DNA of 64,000 nucleotides, from the NCBI RefSeq assembly GCF_006345805.1, contig NC_042998.1:121458001-121522000 (forward strand), written 5' to 3'. How positions within the stretch are numbered: position 1 is the first letter of the stretch; every line of letters starts with the position of its first letter. The DNA comes from Octopus sinensis. Lineage: Eukaryota. This document shows, piece after piece, positions 1-11,951 of this stretch. The position numbers and the translations under genes are program-made. The notes beneath the pieces are model-generated. The model was given only the letters and a program-made list of their open reading frames with translations. It ran no database searches and had not been told where the DNA came from.

Positions 1-1014
1 AGCCACCTCATAGAAGAACAAATGGCAAATATATTCTTATCTATCAGTCAATGGCCAGGTGTTGGTACTGGAGTAAATGTTTCATGTAACAAACACATGG
101 GTGGGGTTCAAAAAATTTGATCGATACCATGTTACTGCCTCAGTTGCACCACATCTGCAGTTTGTGTCCTTTTATTAAATTTAACTAATAGTGAATTATT
201 TTGTGTACATGAAAAGCTACTAGGTAGTGCCATCACCAAATGATTACTGTCATGAAATTTTGTATTGATGTAACATTTCATTTTCATGGAGTCTACTCTT
301 CTCAAAAGCACAGAACTGGGAGAAAAGCAAAATTAACATAAGTGTTTACAAACAAGGAGAATATCGACTTCCTTAAGATGGTAAAACTACATGGTAGGAG
401 AAAACTGAAGAATATGCTCATTGCTAAAGAGAAAAACTACAAAGGGGTATCAAATTGAAACCTATTTTATATATTTGTTTTATCAAATGCCATTGTGTAA
501 AGAGTGCTTTGAACAATTTTGTGACAGAAATATAGCATAGAAATATTTTAACTCCAGTTTCACAACTCCAATTATCATATATTGCTTTCATCTGAAAGCA
601 AATAATGAGCAATAATGGAAAATGTGTATTCACTTGTTTATGAGCTTTGGACACATTCTGTTAGGTAAGAGTACATTACCAATACTATATTCATTGATTT
701 ATAAAAAGTTTTCTACTTTGCAATAAGAATGTTTACCTGAAATACAGAATTAATAAAATCTTGCCCTGACTATACCTATATTTTAATTAATTCAAATTGA
801 TGTACCTGATCTTGAAAAGTGGCAAAATTTTACAAATTGAACAAACTGGAAAAATGCATAAAAATTCAGTTTTAGTGTTTATCAATAAAATCATTACTTT
901 TTCACCTATTAATTTCACATATTAAAAAATTATTGCATAAAAATGCACAATTGTGAATCTTTGTTAGCACGTAAATTAATAAAGTTACAATTATTGTTCA
1001 TACGCTGGGAAAGC

Positions 1015-1210
1015 TTAACGATTTAGCATTTAAGCTGGCCATATTCAGTCCACTATGTTCATTGAAGCTTCTCACACATACCCACAATGTCATTCTAAAA
1101 ATAAACAGTCACATCAAAATCTTGGAGCAATAAGATAAAACCTGATTAATTCAAAACAATGTGAATGAATATTAACATTTTAGAGTAATCTGATCAATGC
1201 TAAAGGGTTG
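1015..1210 (+). mobile_element. TTAA-flanked MITE family 1 (piggyBac-like ends), decayed copy
   Basis: Begins ttaacgatttagcattt and ends aatgctaaagggttga. Internal sequence is shared with copies at ~3397, ~4010 and ~18431. Confidence 0.7.
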
Positions 1211-1224
1211 AAGATTGTAATATC

Positions 1225-1570
1225 TTAAGTGGGAACAACAGGTGAAAATATAAGTTACGTCAAGCACTCAAGAAGCTACTTAGACTTTTTGTGTGTGTTT
1301 GGATTGAAGATAAGCATAGTGATAATTACAAAAAAGAAAAACTTAGTTTATCTAACAATTTGCAGTAAAGTAAAAGCTGTTGAAGGCTGGTTTAAGAATC
1401 ACTTGAATTCGCACAATAGAAAATTTATTAGTGAAGCTACTAGTGCTGATACATAGGTTGCAACTAATTCTGATCAGCTGAAAAAGTCAAAGAGTGTACA
1501 CACCAGAATAATTTTGATGAAACTGCACTTTACTAGAAGCTCATGCCTGCTTGAAATTTTTCCTGGGAAA
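1225..1570 (+). mobile_element. Decayed Tigger/pogo (CENP-B/DDE_1) transposase remnant
   Basis: Broken frames give VWIEDK..., KAVEGWFKN...ISEATSAD and NFDETALY*KLMP. These match the Tigger pattern WIED / GWF / GE.ASAD / N.DET.L.WK.MP. Contains stops and frameshifts. Confidence 0.55.
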
Positions 1571-1859
1571 CAAAATTCAACAGTTGGGTTTAAAACCTGC
1601 AAAAATCTTTTTTTTTTTTTTTTTTTTTTTTTTTTCTGTAAGGAAATAACACTGATGATATGAAATTAAAGCCTCTATTTGTGTTTCACTCCCCAAATCC
1701 AAACCCTTTCAAAGGTTATGCAAAGTTTCATCTACCTGGAATTTGGCATTCATTTAAGAAGACATGGATGACTAAAAGCCTTTCTAAGAGAAGCTTACAA
1801 ACACCTTTTGCTCTGCTGTGAAAAGGCAGTCCTAGATGTAATATATGCATACATGTGTG

Positions 1860-2240
1860 TAGAGAGACATAAAGAAAGCACCCAGCACATGCTGTAATAG
1901 TTGGCATTAGGGTGTCTAGCTATAGAAGCAATGCCAAAGCAGACACTGGAGAACAATGCATTCTTTGGAGCCATTGTAACCTGTCAAACTGTCAAATCCA
2001 TGCCAGCATGGTACATGGACGTTAAGTTATGATTGTGCGTGTGTTATTATCTAGCATGTGTTTTCCATGCTGGCTTAGGTTGGTCAGCTTGATAAGATTT
2101 GTTGAACCATAGTGCTAGGCTGAGTTCCAGTGTCAGCTTTGGTTTAATGTCTGTAACTGGGATATTCTTAATGCCAACCACTTTACAGTGTGCACTTGGT
2201 GCTTTTACGTGCCACCAGCACTAATGAGGTTACTGAGTAA
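1860..2240 (-). repeat. SINE / RTE 3'-UTR fragments
   Basis: ttttccatgctggc...ggtgcttttacgtgccaccagcac is the reverse complement of motifs in the RTE 3' UTR copies at 22480-22778 and 56319-56640. Confidence 0.55.
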
Positions 2241-3396
2241 CTTGAGGACCGAAATAAGAGGAGGCAAGGAAACCTGCAACTAAGTGGTGGAAGAATTTGA
2301 GAGGGAGAGGTGGCTTTATAGCAAGTTTTAAGTATGATGTGGGGATAAGAACAGGTGTCTCATTATAGAGGAAATACATGGCAACTCTGCATTCTATAAG
2401 GGTGGATGGGACTAGTTAAGAAGATAGGGATGGAAGTGATGGGTTGCCAGGGTACATGATGAGCATAAAAAACAGGATACAGACTGTGGGAAAGGTGTTA
2501 CTTTTTGTAAGAGTGATGGGAGAGTGACAGATGTTAAGAGATGGAGGTAGAGGTGAATGTGGTGAACAGTGAACAAGGGTGAAGTGGTGATTATGGTGAG
2601 AGTTACTGAGGAAGGTAGATAGACCAGAGCTAGGGAGATGATGTGCATTGTGATGGCAGATATGAAGTGTTGAAGAATGGTAGCAGATATATGAGGTAAC
2701 TGAAGGAACAGAAAGATAATCAGTGGGAAAGGAATGGAGATTAATATATGTGTATCACACACAAATACATAGGTGTCTATGCATATATGTATGTATATTA
2801 CTTTCCTTGGTATTATACTGGTATGGGTTAGTGGCAGGAATGATATCAAGCCATAGAAAATCTGCATTAAAAAATTGTTTGATCCATGTAAAGATGGGAA
2901 AGGGCACATTCAAGAACAATGAAGTGTATGTGTATTTTATGTAGTATATTTTTGTGTGTGTGTACATGTATTTATACATAAACTCAGTGTACACAATTGA
3001 AACAGCATGGAATTAAGATTGTCATCTTTGTTTAATACTAAATGTAAACACGATGTTAGAAGGCTTTTTTCTGCAGAATTATCTGAGATAAGATCTCTTC
3101 CTTGACATGTGTGAAAAATACAATGTATAAGTTTAGATAGTGTGTATAATGTTTATGTATGTGTATTTAGAAAAAATATTTTGGAACATCAGTTACATAG
3201 AACATTGGTTCTAGGTAACTCTTTATTCTTAGCCAGTTGGTTAAATATCTAAGCAACTAACTTATTTTAACTGTAATTTACATCCCTAAAAATGTACTGC
3301 TTCAACATGTAAAATTCACATTTGTCAGAAAGGTGTGTGGAAAAAATATTGGTGGTGACATGCTCTTTGATCAGACTTACTCCTTCATAGATATGT

Positions 3397-3620
3397 TTAT
3401 CCCTTTAGTATTAAACTGGCCATATATGGCCTAAATATTCTACCTTTTTTTTCTGTTCAAACTGGCAAGATCCAGTCTCTCACACCTACCCTACAATGTC
3501 ATTCTTCTAAAAATAAAGTCATATCAAAGTCTCAAAGCTATGAGATAAAGCATGATTAATTCAAAACAATGTGGATAAATAAGCAGAACATTTGACAGTA
3601 ATCTGAATGCTAAACGGTCA
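3397..3620 (+). mobile_element. TTAA MITE family 1 copy
   Basis: ccctttagtatt...cacacctaccctacaatgtcattc...aatctgaatgctaaacgg, collinear with the other copies. Confidence 0.7.
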
Positions 3621-3644
3621 AGTTTTTCACCAAATGAGTAAATG

Positions 3645-3812
3645 TGTAGTTGCTGAAGCATGGAACAAACTACCTGCATGAGTTGTTAGTTGTCGAGACA
3701 TTGCATCCTTTAAAACCCTCGTGCTTACTGAAATTTGCCAACGCTACACCTGTTATCTCCATACGCAAGCACACATGTATATCCTGACTATGACTCATAC
3801 ACTGTCAAAACC
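3645..3812 (+). mobile_element. 3' fragment of CR1-type LINE family A (older subfamily)
   Basis: gttgctgaagcatggaacaaactacc... is the reverse complement of the C-terminal/3'UTR region at 7446-7549 and 49985-50165. Confidence 0.75.
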
Positions 3813-4009
3813 TAACCTTTTGCCAACATGGAGAGCAGATGTGAAATGATGAATGACACTGAACAATGTCTGTTCATAAAATTGAGATGTATTTTTTTTT
3901 ACTTTCTTTTGTATGCTCTTCTGTAGCAACGACTGGCAATGGTTAAAAATATAAATAGTTAAAGCTATTAGTTTAAACTGAGAGAGGGTATGTTGATTTA
4001 AGTAGGTTT

Positions 4010-4432
4010 AGCATTTAAACCAGCCGTATTAGGTTCAAATATTCTACTTGTTTTAAGTTAAAATTGGCCAGATTTGGCCTCACACCTATCCTAGAATATC
4101 ATTCTAAAAGTAAACAATGCGCCATATGGCGTAGTGGTTAAGAGTGCGGGCTACTAGCCCTAAGATTCCGAGTTCGATTCCAGGCAGTGACCTGAATAAT
4201 AATAACAATAGAAATGAGAACCCAGGTTTGAAATTTCCCCATGACACCTGATTTTGACGGGAGGTTATATCAGCCGAAATGTTAACAACAAACAAGATGA
4301 GGGCAAATATCCGTCAAATGTAAATAATTGTATCTAAATCTCAAAGCTACAAGATAATGCATTTGTAATTTAAAATAATGTCAATAAATGCACATTACAT
4401 TTGACAGAATAATCTGAATGCTAAAGGGTTAA
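4010..4432 (+). mobile_element. TTAA MITE family 1 copy interrupted by a tRNA-derived SINE
   Basis: MITE left part ends at attctaaaa and resumes at aatctcaaagctac. Ends aatgctaaagggTTAA. Confidence 0.75.
4119..4328 (+). mobile_element. tRNA-derived SINE with Pol III A and B boxes
   Basis: A box TGGCGTAGTGG and B box GAGTTCGATTCC, then a non-tRNA body. Putative 9-bp TSD gtaaacaat (4110-4118) / gtaaataat (4320-4328). Confidence 0.75.
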
Positions 4433-5314
4433 AATCTTTGGAAGTCTAACTGCAGTGTTATGGTCTTTGAAAATTTAGATGGGAATCATCTACGTTAAAA
4501 CTTCCTATCAAAATTTCAAATTTATGTTCCAACTACCAGCTTAATACTGACAAAGTGATACAGAATTTGTAATTATTTTCAAAAGTCAGGGCCAAAAAAA
4601 AAAAGAAAGAAAGGAAAAGGGTTTAAAATGCTTGATTCTACAATTAAATTTTTCTGAAAATTCATGTATTCAAATTATGGGGTTTCATTGAGTTAGAAGA
4701 GCCTTCCATTCTGTTGAGGACTAACATTTGTTAACTACAGTGGTGTTGAGATGCCTGAGAATTTAGGAAACAAAGATAGGCCATACAAAGCTTGGAGTGT
4801 AGGCTTAAGTTCCTTGAATGACTGATCAAAATGATTCTCAGTTGCTGGTTGTACATACTCCAAAACTGACGACTATTTTGAAACATACTTTGTTGCATTA
4901 ATAAAAGAAGTTGCTTATTGAAAGGCATCTAGGAAAACTTCACACCAGAGTGGACACATTTTGCTACACTTGTATACCAAGTACTGATGGAAAAGTGGGT
5001 CCTAGTGCATTTCATGCACTTTGGTATGAATAACACACAGGGCTTCTATACATTTTTCAGTGAAAAAAAAAATTGAATCTACTAAAATAAATGTTTGCAA
5101 ATTTGGCTACATAGTCTGTCCTGAAAGACATTGATATATCAATTAGCCTTTCCCTTCCCATGATGGTTGGGCATAGATAGACCTCATTGGAAAAGACTAA
5201 TTCAAACATTACAATGGCTAGGATACAAGATTTACACCAGAAGAGTTTCACAATTTGATCAGTGTGTGCAAAACAACTAATAAATAGTATGAGCAGACAT
5301 CTGTTTGCTTAGAA

Positions 5315-5826
5315 CAGGAGTCACCAAACTATGGCTCACAGGCCAGATCCAGTCTGCCATCACACTAACTTCTGTGTAAATACCTGCAATGAGAGTTCAT
5401 TTGCCTCTGGTATGGCATCAGTCTTTGGAATAACTTGTCTGTGAGCAAAGATTTTCAAAAATAAAGTATGTGAAGTCAGCACATCGAATGAAGTTGACTG
5501 ATGAACATTTGAAAGCAATTCTCTTGATTGGATGCAGTAATTCTAAAGCAAATATTAATGATATCTTAAGAGCTAAACACCAGTTTCACAAATTTCACTA
5601 ACTTTTTTTGCTGCCTAGTTTATAAGATTTGGATATGTGCACGCTGGGTGTGATATAACTATCTTATTGCTAACATTGCTTTCTTCGATAACTTTTTGGT
5701 AAATAAATATGTTGGTTGTCTTTGTTGTTTATTGACTGTACTGTATTGAACAAAATCATTATGCAGCCCGTGCTCATCCATCTCTTGGTTATCTGACCCA
5801 CCGTGGAAGAAGTTTGGTGACTCTTG
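5315..5826 (+). mobile_element. Non-autonomous hAT (Charlie/SPIN-like) element retaining the transposase C-terminus
   Basis: TIRs CAGGAGTCACCAAACT / AGTTTGGTGACTCTTG. 8-bp TSD gcttagaa / acttagaa. Internal frame CEQRFSKIKYVKSAHRMKLTDEHLKAIL resembles the hAT dimerisation domain. Confidence 0.9.
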
Positions 5827-6158
5827 ACTTAGAATCTTAATTTTATGGGATGGTTGTCTTTATATCATCATTATAGGTATCATTTATGTTAGTTGGACTG
5901 GTCTCACATCTTGCTATTAGACATTGTTTACTATCTAACACTTACTGCATCAGTTGATGTGATCCTGGTGGGGAAGTGGGGATGGATTTAACAGATTGAA
6001 TGCTCTTCCTAGAGTTACTGATTGCCTAAGCAGATTGCTTAAATATGGCTGGCATACATTTCTTCTATTTATTCATTTATTTATGTTTAATTTTATTGTA
6101 TATTTTTTACTTCTTTAATATTGCTATCATGCTATTATATATTTACTTTCTTTTGTAG

Positions 6159-6323
6159 GTTAATCACCAGTCTGGTGATGCTTCGAACTCAAGCAAGCGT
6201 CAACCAGGACGGCTTACAAATCAACTACAATATTTACTTAAAGTTGTAGTGAAAGCAGTTTGGAAACATCAGTTTGCCTGGCCTTTCCATCAGCCAGTTG
6301 ATGCAGAGAAGCTTAACTTACCA
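6159..6323 (+). CDS. BRD4: BET protein exon: start of bromodomain 1 (VNHQ...[40 protein letters not shown])
   Basis: tttgtag acceptor and gtaaat donor. 165 nt, phase 0-0. WPF shelf and PVD motif of BET BD1. Confidence 0.96.
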
Positions 6324-7113
6324 GTAAATATATCTTTTTTTGTATTTGATAGCAACAAAAGCAATTTTTTTTAAAGGCCTGTTGACAATTGAAAGTGCTT
6401 AAATTGTAATATATTCTTTTAATCTGATTGTTTTATATTTTACTTAAAATTTTTAAGCTTTTTAAGTATTTGAAATGTAACATTAACTATTGCCAGTATT
6501 TTGTAAATAAAATCATATTGAAATAAGTTTGAAGACATGGTTTTGTGTATGGAATTAAGGGTGACTGAATTAGACCACTTTCAGAGGTTGAGAAGTTCTA
6601 ATACAAAAGTTTAAAACCTTACCAAAGCAGTTTTGGAGTAAAGCTTCTTTCTGGCTGATAAAGTTAAGGTGTTTTTGTGTTTGAAGTATGCATTGCAACC
6701 ACATAAATAAGGACTTAGTTACACTGCATGGAAACTCTGGCAAGTATCTTTTGCTATTGCCCCTGGTCACCCAAAATCTTGCAATGGGATTTGGTGGACA
6801 GAAACTGCAAGTTGGTGGGATACATATGTGTTCTTTCTCTTTATTTTTGGCTTCATACACTAACTATAAACAAATGCCACCCTCATACAAAAGGTGTCAT
6901 TTGTTTGCAGTTATCTAGCTATTGCGCTATTTGTGTTTTAATGATTAATAGTATGTATACATAGGTATGGCTGTGTGACGAAAGAATTTGCATCTCAACA
7001 GTGTAGGTTTTGGGGGCTCAGTATCTATATAATCACTCGGTAAAAGCTTCTGAACAGACACTGAAAGAAACCTATTATATATGTCTATACCATGCCAGCG
7101 TGGAAAATGGATG

Positions 7114-7343
7114 TTAATCCTTTCATTACTGTATTTATTTTGAGATGCTCTGTGTTTCTTTCAATTAATTTTAGATATAACAAAGAATTTAGTAAAATAA
7201 TTTAGTTATCATTAAGCTAGTGATAGGAACATAAATTGTGACTAATGTTTGGTGGAAGATTTTAATTCAGAACTTATGAAAACAAGACATTTGTACTACA
7301 GAGCCAGAGGTGGTTTCAGCTGGGTTGTTATCGAAAGGGTTAA
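7114..7343. mobile_element. TTAA-flanked MITE family 2 (piggyBac-like ends)
   Basis: TTAAtcctttcatt ... atcgaaagggTTAA. Removing it restores the SINE tail ggatgTTAAatgat, so the TTAA target is duplicated. Confidence 0.8.
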
Positions 7344-7346
7344 ATG

Positions 7347-7349
<3 letters not shown>

Positions 7350-7389
<40 letters not shown>

Positions 7390-8053
7390 AATAATTGTGT
7401 ACAGTGCTCAGGTGCACTACAACTCATCTAAAGTGTATATATAATCAGGTGTAGTTTCGGCGGATTTCGGAAAGCATGAGGGCCTTAAAAGATGCAGTGT
7501 CATGGCAGTCAACAACTGACGCAGGCAGTTTATTCCATGCTTCAGCAACTCTGAGCGTGAAAAAATGTTTCCGAAAGTCATGGGAGCTGTATTGTTTTCT
7601 GACTTTGTAGGCATGTCCACGTGTGTTAGACACATGGAGATCAAAAAGGTGTTCAGTGTTGTTGTTGGTGAGGTGGTTGATAACTTTGTGGGTGTTTACC
7701 AAGTCCGTCGCCAGACGCCGGAGCTTCAGTGAATCCATGCCCAGGGAAACAAGGCGCTCAGAATATGGTAGGTGTCTGATGGAGGGTATGCGTTTGGTTG
7801 CACGTCTCTGGACAGATTCCAGGAGGTCAATGTTCTGTGCAAGATAGGGGTTCCAAACTGATGATGCAAATTCCAAGTGTGGTCGTACCATAGCTGTATA
7901 CAGTTTTAAATAGATGGCTGGAGAGCGGCTAACAAAAGACCTGCTGAGTGATGCCAAGACACCCTCGGCCTTCCTGACAATCTTAGAGATATGCTTTGTC
8001 CAACGCAAATCACTGCTGACAGTGATGCCTAGGTCACGCTCGCAAGAGGATTT
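7350..8053 (-). mobile_element. 5'-truncated CR1-type LINE family A, young copy
   Basis: Open 205-aa frame encoding the RT C-terminal region (ERDLGI, SVWNPY, LESVQRRATK), ending in a (TTA)n tail. About 99% identical to 33506-34164. Confidence 0.95.
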
Positions 8054-9414
8054 TGTGTGCATGTTTGTGAGCTACTAGTATGACTGTTCATTCATTTCCT
8101 AACCATATGGTCTTGGGATTGGTCCCATGTTATTTTGGGCAAGTGTTTTGCTATCACCCCAGGTTGACTGAAACATTATGAGTGGATTTGGTAGGCAGAA
8201 TGTAAAGTTTTGACATCAGGAGATACCATCATACGGGTGGTATCATTCATTTCCAGTCTTCTGGAACAGGAAGAGCATCTGTCCATAGAAAAATAAATGT
8301 TAAAATGATGATGATGGTGTGTGTAGCTATGATTGTATGCTTGAAAAGCTTGCTTCCTAGTTTCAGCTTCAGTCTTATTGTGTGGCACCTTGGGCTAGTC
8401 ATCTAAGCTCCAAACTGATGAAAGCTATTTTTGAATGAATTTGGTAAGGAGAGAATTTACGAATCCCTCCTCCTCCCCATTTTGGACTGATTTTGTCTTT
8501 TTCTTACATTTTGCACTATCTACTTACAAACCTGAGAGACATCTTAGTTTTAAAAATATAAAAAATGCCCCCCCCCCCTCCATATGCACTTAAAATGATG
8601 AGAGGAGCCTTGAAGCTTTTTAAAAACTAATTTGGAAATTAGCAATCATCATTACAATCCTCATTCCTTATTTTTAAACATGAAACAATTTAAAAACAAG
8701 GAATTTTTTTCTTTTTTCATTAAACCCACCTACCCCAAGTCCTAAAAGTTGGCTTTTTTCCCCAATTTTTTTATATTATAGTTTTAAAATATGAACAGGT
8801 CTGTTCTGCAGTCTGTTTCTAATTTCAAAATAATTTTCAGGTGGGAAGGTGTGTGATTTAAGAGAGATTTAGCTGTTGTTTCTAGCGTATCTCACAACCA
8901 CCTGGTACCTACCTTGTTTCTTTGTCACTCTAATATGTATTGAAGTTTTGGAATTTTTTCTTCCCATAAACACATTTTATGGAATGATGATGCAGTAGTC
9001 CATTCCTGGGATTTAAGCAACAACAAAAATAAAATTTTGTAATTTAAATTTTTAATCTCCTACCCACACCAGAGTAAGTCCTTGTGTATAAGAAAAACAT
9101 ATAGTGAGTGAGAGAGAGCATGGGAAATATATATAGAAAGGGGGAAAAACTTACCATGAGAAAAGTGAAAAATGAAGGGATAAATAGATCTTTTCTGTTA
9201 TAATCACAGATTTTGAAATTTATAAGTAAGTGAAAATTTTCAAATTTGGTATACTGATGTGCTTTTTTTCACACTGAATCCAAATTTGTGATCCATATAT
9301 TCCAGAGAAATGTTAGAAAAATGTTACTGCTTGATCATTTTCACTCAATAAGAAAACAGGATTTGTGCTTAATAGCTGTGATAAAATGAAAGTAAACTTT
9401 AGAAGATACAGTTA

Positions 9415-11951
9415 TCTATATATATATATAAAGATGAGAATGTGTGTGTCTGCTTCTGAATCCCTAAAACTCGAGAACTACGCAACCGATTTCATTCAAA
9501 TTTTACACGTGCTTTACTTAGGGTCCATGCATTGTCATGGGCCAAGAAAATTTTCAACTAGCCTAATGCGAGCCCAGAGCAATCTCTCATCTCTTAGATT
9601 ATTTCAGTATTCCATCTCTATTGTAATGTGAGATAATACTTTCAGTTTGAAAGAAGTCTGTCCTATATATATGTATTCCTTATGCATTCCAAAACCAAGT
9701 TACTGATTTTTGATGTATGGGGTATCAAAAGATTCAGTCCTATTTCGGCTAGAAACTAAACTTAATTTCCATTTACATATTTGCATTACAAAAATTTAAC
9801 ATTATAATCTTTTCCACAAATAAACAATTGTACACATTTATACAATGATGACAATGACGTCACATTTTCTATATGTGTGTATCTTAAAAGACATCAATCA
9901 TCACAACACACACTTTCACTCATTCACTCTATCTCTTTTTCTCTGTCTCTCTCTTTCTCTCACACACATGCACACCTCTTTTTCTGTCTCTCTCTTTCTC
10001 TCATACACATGCATACATCTTTCACTTTCTCATCTCCTTCGCTTTCTTTCTCTCTGTCCTTTTTGCTTTCTCTTCTTTCAATTTCTGCTCTCTTCAAATA
10101 AATTTTTACGGAATCAGTGAGAGAAACGCAAAATGAGAAAAAGACAGGCAAGAGAAAGAAACGGAGAGAAAACAAGTTTCTATAGAAGATGAAAGACAGG
10201 GATAGCAGGTGACAGAGAAATGCTGATGTTCCATACCTTATGTATGTTCTAAAAGTGAGAGAGAGAGAGTGTGTGTGTGTGTGTGTGCACGCACGCGTAT
10301 GTTCCTTATGCATTCCAAAATTGGGTTGCCCATTTTGACATACAATATTCAGTAATTTTTTGGCTACCAAATAAACTATATTTTCATTTACATATATTCT
10401 ACGTTATCTCAGTAACCAGCTATGGTTATTTGAAAGACACTGCTCTACAATGACCAGGTTTCATTAGAAAATGAGAATAGTTTCACACTTTCAGTTTCAA
10501 CCAAAATTACAAAGATCATCTTATTTCTATTATAAATGAGTAATTTACATCCTAATGTGACCAACGTTATACATTGGCAACTTTCCGTCTTTACGGCCAC
10601 CACAGCAGAATGGTGTGTCAGTGTGTGTTAACTGACATAACGAATGGCTGGAGGTGAAACTCTTGACAAAAAGGTGGCAGGTCAAGGTATATAAAAATAC
10701 ATATTTACTGTTCAAATACCAGTTAATAGTTATCGCAGCAGTTGCAAGGTGTTTACAGTTTCAAATTTACCCTTATATATATTAAGAAATTTATCTATAA
10801 TAATTGTGGCATTTACCGTTAAATTAGCAGTTCATACATGTGCTTCTATACGGTTAATTTATACTGCATCCAAAAATAAAACCTACTACATACATACAGC
10901 AGCTTACAAAAATAGGGATTAATGTATAATTTTTTGTTTACGATACTAAAAAAAATATGCCACCAAAGAAAATATGTAATCTCTAGAAACAAGTATAAAG
11001 CAAGGAGAATTGTAGAAAACTGAAGGTGAGAGTCTCAAGAGATAAGTGAGATGAGATTTTCTCGAGATCAGCAAAGGCATGCTGCAGCACGTCAAACAGC
11101 CTCAAGAGAAAAGGGAGATGAGACTCTCCCAAGATAAGTAAATGCATGCTGCAGCATTTGATGCTGTATCATTAAATCAATGTTTTAATGATTAGACAGA
11201 GGTCCAATAGAATAAGCTCTCAGAAACAGACTACATACAATTTCATTTTTCACAACTCCTGATGCTGTTTTCAGATATGATCCTTCCCATTCTTATAAAA
11301 ATAACTCTGTCCAAATTGGTGTGCTAAACACAAATTGTCATTTCTGTAAAGGCTTAAAATTTTCAAATGAAACAAATGGTATGTGCTGCTCAGGCGGTCA
11401 GGTAACATTGCCAGCACTACCAGCTCCTTCTCAACCTCTTGTGGATCTTCTAGAAGGCAGTTAAAGGATTTTATGAACAATATCAGACAATACGACTCTG
11501 CATTTCAAATGACATTGTTTACTGCATCGTCAAAATTCATAGGCAAGTCTATGGTTCTCTGTTACCCACAAATGAACAACCACAGCTCCTCCAAATTTAA
11601 TTTATGAGTGATGTATGACAACAAACCCAAAGGTTGTGTCAAAATTTCAGATGATGGGTCATGTTAGATACAGCGCTGACTACTGCAAAAGAGAGTATAT
11701 CCACTGACAGCTTTTCAGTGCATTCAAAAACGCGTAACCCTCACCCCCAATTTTCCATGACAGGTTAGGGCCTGAAATACTCCAAACAGACGCATAGCAT
11801 GTTGCTTAGTAAAATTAGCCAGTCATTTACTCCACAAATGTTTTTTTGTCAATGCTGCACTTTCCCATATCACCTGTTTCAACATAACTGTAATATATTA
11901 TATACAAACTATGCCATTTTAATCCCAAGCAACGCCGAGTATCTCTGCTAG
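9415..11951 (+). mobile_element. Internally deleted Helitron with RepHel N-terminal remnant
   Basis: A|TCtatatatatataaagatg 5' end. 3' end gcaacgccgagtatctctgCTAG. Remnant frames 10957-11680: MPPKK..., HAAAR repeats, FRYDP...CHFCKGLKFSNETNGMCCSGGQVTLP, NNIRQYDSAFQMT, QVY-GSLLP...LLQI. Confidence 0.82.

Noticed and set aside
1-120. Frame reading (E)PPHRRTNG at the window edge, vaguely like the fs(1)h N-terminal EPP...VNG
   Set aside because: No GT donor in a phase compatible with 6159, and the similarity is too short. It cannot be evaluated without upstream sequence.
4119-4195. tRNA gene
   Set aside because: A/B boxes are present, but there is no proper acceptor stem or 7-nt anticodon loop. 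It continues into a SINE body with a TSD.
4700-5280. Coding-like stretch with sparse stops (also ~120-660), possibly a decayed transposase
   Set aside because: I could not match a convincing motif by eye. It needs a tblastx/HMM search and is left uncalled.
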